Source: an uncultured Spirochaetota bacterium
GTDB lineage: Bacteria; Spirochaetota; Spirochaetia; SZUA-6; Fen-1364
Direction of reading: 5' to 3'
Assembly (NCBI GenBank): GCA_963820525.1
Contig: CAWGAA010000002.1
Coordinates: forward strand, 492,568-556,567
Length of the DNA: 64,000 nucleotides
The notes under the pieces are model-generated. The model was not told where the DNA came from. It ran no database searches and saw only the letters and a list, made by a program, of their open reading frames with translations. The position numbers and the translations under genes were made by a program. Below are positions 57,697 to 64,000 of this stretch, piece by piece; the first letter of the stretch is position 1, and every line of letters begins with the position of its first letter.

Positions 57697-58731
57697 GTGC
57701 CCAAGCCGATCCAGTATAGAGCCAACTCGATCATCTACTTCAAGGGGGACGTGAGCGACAAGATCTTCGTCCTCAACGCGGGAAAGATCAGCCTGAACTA
57801 CATCGATATCGAGACCGGCCAGGAAGTCCATGACCTGATCAAGATGGGAGAGTTTTTCGGCGTGAAGTCGGCTCTGGGCAGGTACCCGCGGGAAGAGACA
57901 GCCGTTGTCCTGCAGGACTCCACGGTCATGGCCATGACGGTCCCGGAGTTCGAGCTCCTCGCCCTGAAGAACACGCGCATCGTCACCAAGATGATGAAGG
58001 TGTTCTCCAACCAGCTCAGGCGGATCCAGCACCAGGTGCAGAACCTCCTGGCGGGAGACGAGCAGGTCAACCCCGAGACGGGGCTGTACAAGATCGGGGA
58101 GTACTACCTGAAGAACAAGCGCTACGCCCAGGCCCTCCATGCGTACCAACGCTACCTCGTGTACTACCCCAGCGGCTCGTTCGGGGCCGACGTCACGAGG
58201 AAGATCGAAATGGCGGAGGACTTCCTCGCCAAGTACGGGCAGGGGCAGGCGGTGGAAGTACCCCCGTCCCCAGCCCAGGCATGGGCGGCGGCCTCGGAGG
58301 CCCCCAAGGGAGGCCAGGGCGGCTCCGGCGGAGAGCTCTCCGAGCTCGCGCAGCAATACTACAATGCGGTGAGCCTCGTCAGCCAGGAGAAGTACAACGA
58401 AGCCTTCAAGGGCTTCAAGAAGATCGCAGAATCGGGGGGCGACCAGGAATACACGTCGAAAGCCGAGTTCGAGATGGCCAAGTGCCTTTTCTACCTCAAG
58501 CAGTTCGACTCCTGCGTGCGCGGCTTCACCTCCATCATTCAGAAGTTCCCCAAGCACCCCGAGTTGAAGGAAGCCCTCTTCTTCGTGGGCCGCTCCTATG
58601 AGGAGCTGGGAGACAAGGCCAAAGCCGGCGGCCTGTACAAGAAGATCCTCACGATGGCCCCCGAAGACGACCCTGTTGTCCGACGCGCCAGGAAGGCGTT
58701 GAAAGCCATGGAGGGAGGAGAAAAGGCGTGA
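57697..58731 (+). CDS. cNMP-binding domain + TPR protein
   Basis: IYFKGD, GEFFG, PREETA; YbgF/BamD-like TPRs. Confidence 0.88.
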   Translation: MPKPIQYRANSIIYFKGDVSDKIFVLNAGKISLNYIDIETGQEVHDLIKMGEFFGVKSALGRYPREETAVVLQDSTVMAMTVPEFELLALKNTRIVTKMMKVFSNQLRRIQHQVQNLLAGDEQVNPETGLYKIGEYYLKNKRYAQALHAYQRYLVYYPSGSFGADVTRKIEMAEDFLAKYGQGQAVEVPPSPAQAWAAASEAPKGGQGGSGGELSELAQQYYNAVSLVSQEKYNEAFKGFKKIAESGGDQEYTSKAEFEMAKCLFYLKQFDSCVRGFTSIIQKFPKHPELKEALFFVGRSYEELGDKAKAGGLYKKILTMAPEDDPVVRRARKALKAMEGGEKA

Positions 58732-59384
58732 GTCCCGCAGGCCTCGATCTCTCGATGTTCAACCGCTTCCAGGTCACCTTCCACAAGGGGGACATCATCT
58801 TCTGCGAGTACGAGCCCGGCGACACCTTCTACCTCATCCAGTCCGGCAGGGTGCAGATCGTGCGCATCATCGGGGAGCTGGAGAAGAACATCGATATCCT
58901 TTACCCCGGTGAGGTTTTCGGCGAGATGGCCATCCTGGAGGAGGCGCCCCGCTCCGCCACGACGATCGCCCTCGACGACGTGAAGGCGCTCGAGTTCAAC
59001 AGGGAGAACTTCGAGATCCTCATGATGGGAAACCCCCAGATTGCCATGAAGCTCTTGAAGCTCTTCATCAAGCGCATCTACGACCAGAAACGGCGCTTCA
59101 TGATCCTCACCCTGGAAGACGTCGAGGCGAAGGTGGCGGACGTGTTCCTCATGCTGGCCGAGAATCAATCCATAAGCACGACGTCAGCGGATTCCATCGA
59201 CTTCAAGACAACCGTTGACGACATGGCGCATTGGGCGGGCATTCCGCCGGCCCAGTGCAAGGAAGTTCTCAACCACTTCGTCTCCCAGCGAAAAATCGAG
59301 CTTCATCCGGACAAAATCGTCGTAAAAAATATCAACGACATTGCCCGGTTCGTCAACTCCCGCCGGAAACACCAGGAAAAATAA
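58728..59384 (+). CDS. Crp/Fnr-family regulator
   Basis: FYLIQSGRV, FGEMAIL, PRSAT; C-terminal HTH-like region. Confidence 0.88.
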   Translation: MSPAGLDLSMFNRFQVTFHKGDIIFCEYEPGDTFYLIQSGRVQIVRIIGELEKNIDILYPGEVFGEMAILEEAPRSATTIALDDVKALEFNRENFEILMMGNPQIAMKLLKLFIKRIYDQKRRFMILTLEDVEAKVADVFLMLAENQSISTTSADSIDFKTTVDDMAHWAGIPPAQCKEVLNHFVSQRKIELHPDKIVVKNINDIARFVNSRRKHQEK

Positions 59385-60168
59385 GGAACTCAAGCAGCTT
59401 TTCCGCGAAGTCCACGGGACTCTCGAGGGCGGGGCTATGCCCGGAGCCGCGCACGATAGCCAGGCGCGCACCGGGGATGAAAGAAAGCGCCCGCCTGGCG
59501 ATGGAGACGGGAACCACGGGGTCGCGCTCGCCCCAGAGCAGGAGCGTGGGCCTTCCGATCTCCCGGAGCCGCTCCGGGGGAATCCTCGGCAGCCCCTTCC
59601 AGCCCGTAGCACGCAGAATCCGACGGGCCAGATTCCTGTCGAACGAAGGCCTTCCCCCGCGTCTCTCCCGGTCGGCAGGCGGGATATCCGCCGGGTTTCT
59701 CCAGAGGATTCGCCGAAGGATGAGGCGGGTCAGGGGGTTGGAAGGCACGACGAAAAGGGCGGCGGCGATCAATCCCAACGGCCTCATGCCGAGGCCGACG
59801 GAATCCGAGAGAACGAGCCGTTCGACGCGCCCGCTTCTTTCGATGGCGAATTGCGCCGCGATGGCGCCGCCGAGCGAATGTCCCACGATGTGGGCGCGCG
59901 AGATGCCCATGGCGTCCATGAAATCGGCAAGCCACGCGGTGAGGGACGGCGCCGGGGACGCCGGCGAAAGGGTGGATGAGCCGAAGCCGGCGATATCGGG
60001 GGCAAGAACGAGGAAGCGCTCTGAAAGTCTTTCCAAGACGGGCTGCCAGAATCCGCCATGAGCCCCCATGCCGTGCAGGAGGATGACGGGAAAGCCGGCG
60101 CCGGAAGTCAGGCAGCTGGTTCGAACGGAGCCTGCCTGGACGAGTCGTCGTTCCGCCGCGGCGCGCAT
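59353..60168 (-). CDS. Alpha/beta-fold hydrolase
   Basis: LLHG, PDIAGFG, GHSLGG, WGERD, GH. Confidence 0.85.
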   Translation of the reverse strand: MRAAAERRLVQAGSVRTSCLTSGAGFPVILLHGMGAHGGFWQPVLERLSERFLVLAPDIAGFGSSTLSPASPAPSLTAWLADFMDAMGISRAHIVGHSLGGAIAAQFAIERSGRVERLVLSDSVGLGMRPLGLIAAALFVVPSNPLTRLILRRILWRNPADIPPADRERRGGRPSFDRNLARRILRATGWKGLPRIPPERLREIGRPTLLLWGERDPVVPVSIARRALSFIPGARLAIVRGSGHSPALESPVDFAEKLLEFLIFPGVSGGS

Positions 60169-60174
60169 GCCGGG

Positions 60175-60879
60175 TCAGACCCCCAGGTACGCCGATTTGA
60201 CCTGGGGATTGTCGGAGATCTCCTTCGCGGTGCCGGACAGAACGATCCTGCCCGTCTCCAGGACGTAGGCCCTGTTGGCGATGGACAGCGCCATTTGCGC
60301 GTTCTGCTCGACCAGCAGGATGCTGGTGCCCTGCTTGTTGATCTCCACGATGATGCGGAAGATCTCCTCCACGAGGATCGGGCTTAAGCCCATGGAAGGC
60401 TCGTCCATGAGAAGAATGCTGGGCCTGCTCATCAGGCCGCGCGCCGTGGCGAGCATCTGCTGCTCTCCCCCGGAGAGGGTGCCCCCGTACTGCTCGGCCC
60501 GCTCCTTGAGGCGGGGAAAGCTCTGGTAGATCCGCTCCAAGGTCTGCTGGATCTCCGCCGGATCCGTGCGGGTGAAAGCGCCCATCATCAGGTTCTCCCT
60601 CACCGTGAGGGGCGCGAAGATTTTCCTGCCCTCGGGGACCTGGCTGATGCCGAGCTGCACGATCTGCTCGGCGTGCACCGTCGTCAATTCCTGGTCCCGC
60701 AGAGTGATGGACCCCGTGCGGGGGCGCAGGAGCCCGGAAATCGTTCGAAGGGTCGTGGACTTGCCGGCGCCATTGGCTCCGATCAGGGTGACGATCTCAC
60801 CCTCATCGACCTGGAACGAGATGCCCTGGAGTGCGTGGATGGCGCCGTAGTAGACGTTCAGGTTCTCAACTCGCAGCAC
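60175..60879 (-). CDS. livF: Branched-chain amino acid ABC ATPase
   Basis: GANGAGKST, VPEGR, LSGGEQQM, LVEQNA. Confidence 0.92.
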   Translation of the reverse strand: MLRVENLNVYYGAIHALQGISFQVDEGEIVTLIGANGAGKSTTLRTISGLLRPRTGSITLRDQELTTVHAEQIVQLGISQVPEGRKIFAPLTVRENLMMGAFTRTDPAEIQQTLERIYQSFPRLKERAEQYGGTLSGGEQQMLATARGLMSRPSILLMDEPSMGLSPILVEEIFRIIVEINKQGTSILLVEQNAQMALSIANRAYVLETGRIVLSGTAKEISDNPQVKSAYLGV

Positions 60880-61669
60880 TTCTGGCCACTCCTTTGCCGA
60901 GGTATGCCTCAATAACGGTCGGGTCGTTCTGGATTTCTTTCGGCGTTCCGCGGGCGATCACCTCGCCGAAGTCCATCACGGTGATCCTCTCGCAGATCCC
61001 CATAACGACGCGCATCTGGTGCTCGATGAGCAGGATGGTGAGCTTGAAACGGTCCCTGATGAAATGGATGAGGTCCATCAGCTCGAGGATCTCCCTCGGG
61101 TTCATTCCGGCGGCGGGCTCGTCGAGGAGGAGAAGGCTCGGGTTGCACGCCAGGGCCCTGGCGATCTCCACGCGCCTCTGCTCTCCGTAGGGGAGGTTTT
61201 TCGCGATCTCCCCCTGGATGCCATCCAACTTGAAGATGGAGAGAAAATCCAGCGCCTGCTCGGTGAGCTCGTTCTCCTTCTTGAAGAACTCCGGAGTGCG
61301 GAGAATCCCGTCCGAAAGCGAATAGCCCGCGTGCGCATGATAGGCAATGCGCACATTGTCCAGCACCGTCAGGTTCTGGAAGAGCCTGATGTTCTGGAAG
61401 GTACGGGCGATTCCTTGTTGAGTTATCTCGAAGGGCTCCAGGCCGTCGATCTTCTGGCCGTGGAAAGAGATCCTTCCCGCCGAAAGAGAAATCAGTCCGG
61501 TGATGAGGTTGAAGACGGTGGTTTTCCCCGCCCCGTTGGGTCCAATCAACCCCCACAACACGCCGCGGGGAAGGCCCAAGGCAAAGTCCTTGACGGCGCA
61601 GAGGCCGCCGAAAAACTTCGTCAGCTCCGTGATATCGAGCAAGGGCTGGTCTCTCTGTTCATCTGCCAT
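60866..61669 (-). CDS. livG: Branched-chain amino acid ABC ATPase
   Basis: GPNGAGKTT, ARTFQNIRLF, LPYGEQR, LDEPAAGMN; true start MADEQ at 61669. Confidence 0.92.
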   Translation of the reverse strand: MADEQRDQPLLDITELTKFFGGLCAVKDFALGLPRGVLWGLIGPNGAGKTTVFNLITGLISLSAGRISFHGQKIDGLEPFEITQQGIARTFQNIRLFQNLTVLDNVRIAYHAHAGYSLSDGILRTPEFFKKENELTEQALDFLSIFKLDGIQGEIAKNLPYGEQRRVEIARALACNPSLLLLDEPAAGMNPREILELMDLIHFIRDRFKLTILLIEHQMRVVMGICERITVMDFGEVIARGTPKEIQNDPTVIEAYLGKGVARSAAS

Positions 61670-61692
61670 CCTGCATACCTCTCTCAAATCTT

Positions 61693-63159
61693 TCAGGGTT
61701 TTACGGGCTCTGAAGCCTGTTTGACGGCTCCGCCGGAGCCCGACGGTCCGCCATCGGCAGATCGGGCCTTGTTGAAGATCCGTCCCGCTTTCAGGAAACC
61801 CCATTCTACGCTGCCCAGGAGACCTTGCGGCCGCAGGAGCATCAAGAGGATCAGCGCGATGGGATACAGCACGAAGCGCCAGGTGGGCGCTTCGGGGCCC
61901 AGCTGGCCCAAAAGCACTCGCAGGAAGCCTTCCAGGAAGAAGATCCATCCAAAGGAGGCGACAATGGTTCCCGTCATGCTTCCCAGGCCGCCGAACACGA
62001 CGATAATGAGCGGGTTGAAGCCGGCAATGAAGCTGAAGGTGCCGGGGCTCAGGAACCCGATGTAATGGGCGTAGACCGCGCCGCCGATGCCCGCAAAGAG
62101 GCTTCCAACCACGAACGCGAGCAGCTTCGACCTCGCCACGTCGATCCCCATGGCCTTGGCCGCCGTTTCGTCCTCGCGCACCGAGATGATGGCCCGGCCG
62201 GTGCTGGAGCGGATGAGGTTCCGCATGATTACGGTCACGATCACCAGAAAGACGAACGCCCAGAGCCAGATGGTGGAGAAGGAAACGGAGGTGAGCCAGC
62301 TCAAGAGCGACCCCTGTTGGACCGGGACATCCCACGACCATATCGGCATCTTGGGGATGCCGATCATTCCCCTTCCTCCCTTCATCTCGGGGAAGGGGAG
62401 GATGGTGTCGGAGTTCACCATGAGGGTTTGTACGACGATTGCGAACCCAAGGGTTGCTATCCCGAAATAGTCGGAGCCGAGGGTGAGCACGGGGAGGCCG
62501 AAGAGAAAGCTCACCTCCGCTGCGAACACGCCGGCAATGATGACCGACAGGAAGAAAATGACCTGCTGGACGGCGGGGGACAGGAACCACCCCGATACAT
62601 CTGCCGTGCCGAATCCGGAGGCCAGAAGCGGCGCAATGGCATTGCCCGCGATCACCGCGATGACTCCCGCCGCGATTGCCGCGATCATGTAGAAGGTGAA
62701 GGCTGAAAGGACGGGAATGCCCCTCTTGAGCCGGAGCAGTCGACCGACGCCGATAAGGGCGATGCCGCCGAGAATTACTCCGATGCCGGCAACGAGGATT
62801 CCGCTGGGGTCCCCGTTGGCCCAGCGAAACGTAATGTCGGCCGCGCAGTACGCGCCGATCCCGTAGAAACCCCACTGTCCCAGGCTGAACTGGCCGTTGA
62901 ACCCGTAGATGAGGTTCAGCCCCAGGGCCACCATGGCCATGGTGCAGGATTGGATGAGAAGGCCCTGATCGAAACCCGAGAAGATCTGGAATTCGCCGAA
63001 ATGCAGGGAGAGGACGATCTGGATGACGGCGAACGCGCCGAAGATCCCGAGGGCCTTGACCCATTTCTCCTTTCGACCGAGCACCCAGAGAAGTCCGAAA
63101 ATGTAGGCGAGAAGCGCGCCCATCTTCAGAATTGTGCTGAAAAGGTATGCGAGGTTCAT
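61693..63159 (-). CDS. livM: Branched-chain amino acid ABC permease
   Basis: GQFSLGQ, DYFGIATLGF, SVREDETAA, VFGGLGS. Confidence 0.9.
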   Translation of the reverse strand: MNLAYLFSTILKMGALLAYIFGLLWVLGRKEKWVKALGIFGAFAVIQIVLSLHFGEFQIFSGFDQGLLIQSCTMAMVALGLNLIYGFNGQFSLGQWGFYGIGAYCAADITFRWANGDPSGILVAGIGVILGGIALIGVGRLLRLKRGIPVLSAFTFYMIAAIAAGVIAVIAGNAIAPLLASGFGTADVSGWFLSPAVQQVIFFLSVIIAGVFAAEVSFLFGLPVLTLGSDYFGIATLGFAIVVQTLMVNSDTILPFPEMKGGRGMIGIPKMPIWSWDVPVQQGSLLSWLTSVSFSTIWLWAFVFLVIVTVIMRNLIRSSTGRAIISVREDETAAKAMGIDVARSKLLAFVVGSLFAGIGGAVYAHYIGFLSPGTFSFIAGFNPLIIVVFGGLGSMTGTIVASFGWIFFLEGFLRVLLGQLGPEAPTWRFVLYPIALILLMLLRPQGLLGSVEWGFLKAGRIFNKARSADGGPSGSGGAVKQASEPVKP

Positions 63160-63167
63160 GGGCTCTC

Positions 63168-64000
63168 CTAGGCTTTTTCCTTTGCCGGCTCTCCAAAGAT
63201 GCCGGTCGGACGGATGAGCAGCACAATAATCAGTATTGTAAACGCCACTGCGTCGCGCATTGGCGTGGAGATATATCCCATGGTAAGGGCTTCAGCCTGT
63301 CCCATGATGAGGGCGCCGATGAAAGCTCCGGGGATGCTCCCAATCCCGCCAAGAACCGCGGCCACGAAGGCCTTGAGGCCCGGCAGGATCCCCATCTGCG
63401 TGTTGATCGAGCTGTAAGCGATTGCATAGAGAACCCCGCCCAGACCGGCGAACGCCGATCCAATGGCGAACGTGAAGGATATGATCCGGTCAACGTTGAT
63501 CCCCATGAGGCGCGCCGTGGGTTTGTCGAAGGAAGTGGCGCGCATGGCGACGCCGATTTTCGTCCTGTGCACGATGAATTGAAGGATTATCTGGACCACG
63601 ATGGAAGCGATCATGATGAAAACGAGGATGTTCGAGAAAGTGATGGAGTTCGCCGGCGCTTCCACTCCCGGCATGATGCGCTGGATGCCGGCGCTCGAGG
63701 TGTACCACGCCACCACGTCGAAGGGCCTCTGGTAGGGAATGAAGCGGGGAGAAAAGACGAAGTACAGGGCGCCGAAGAACTCCAGGAAAAAGGAGACGCC
63801 GATCGCCGTGATGAGCGCGGCAATGCGGGGGGCATCCCGCAGGGGCTTGTAGGCCACCCTCTCGATGGTGACCGCCAGAAGCACGCACACGAGCATGGAG
63901 AGCAGGATGACGGTCAGGGAGCCGACAATAATGGATATTCCCATGGGCACGCCGGGGAAAAGAGCCTCGGGCCACCGATGGAGGTTGAAACGCGTCACGG
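63168..64000 (-). CDS. livH: Branched-chain amino acid ABC permease (5' end outside the window)
   Basis: IERVAYKPLR, GVAMRA, KAFVAAVLGGIG, RPTGIFG. Confidence 0.9.
   Translation of the reverse strand, partial: VTRFNLHRWPEALFPGVPMGISIIVGSLTVILLSMLVCVLLAVTIERVAYKPLRDAPRIAALITAIGVSFFLEFFGALYFVFSPRFIPYQRPFDVVAWYTSSAGIQRIMPGVEAPANSITFSNILVFIMIASIVVQIILQFIVHRTKIGVAMRATSFDKPTARLMGINVDRIISFTFAIGSAFAGLGGVLYAIAYSSINTQMGILPGLKAFVAAVLGGIGSIPGAFIGALIMGQAEALTMGYISTPMRDAVAFTILIIVLLIRPTGIFGEPAKEKA

Noticed and set aside
60866-63226. 786-aa ORF
   Set aside because: Only the last 267 codons are LivG; the upstream part is an off-frame shadow of livM.

Overview
High-GC bacterial chromosome segment, very probably from a free-living spirochaete. 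The gltX-glyQS-tyrS run and the rpsT-HU-lnt...bactofilin-cinA-rho-rpmE and galK-surE-TPR-NHL blocks recall Borrelia/Treponema gene order (from memory, not searched). Most of the window is housekeeping, metabolic and signalling genes, and it starts inside an IS1634 transposase. The main accessory feature is an AT-richer ~8.7 kb island (43311-52002) bounded by an exact 57-bp direct repeat of the 3' part of tRNA-Leu(TAA), with no integrase. It carries an OLD-like ATPase-TOPRIM nuclease followed closely by a 96-aa Cys/His protein, an integrase-less array of integron-type cassettes with attC-like sites (HEPN-like, unknown and HNH-like proteins), an intact IS3 and a DEDDh exonuclease with a TerB-like tail. 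Together these suggest a candidate anti-phage defence island. Other items of note are four ANGGAN hairpins next to the tRNA, an amidohydrolase-cNMP/TPR-Crp operon, a class II cytochrome c, a missed 53-aa ORF and three homopolymer frameshifts that look like assembly errors. All protein calls come from motif recognition; no database search was run.
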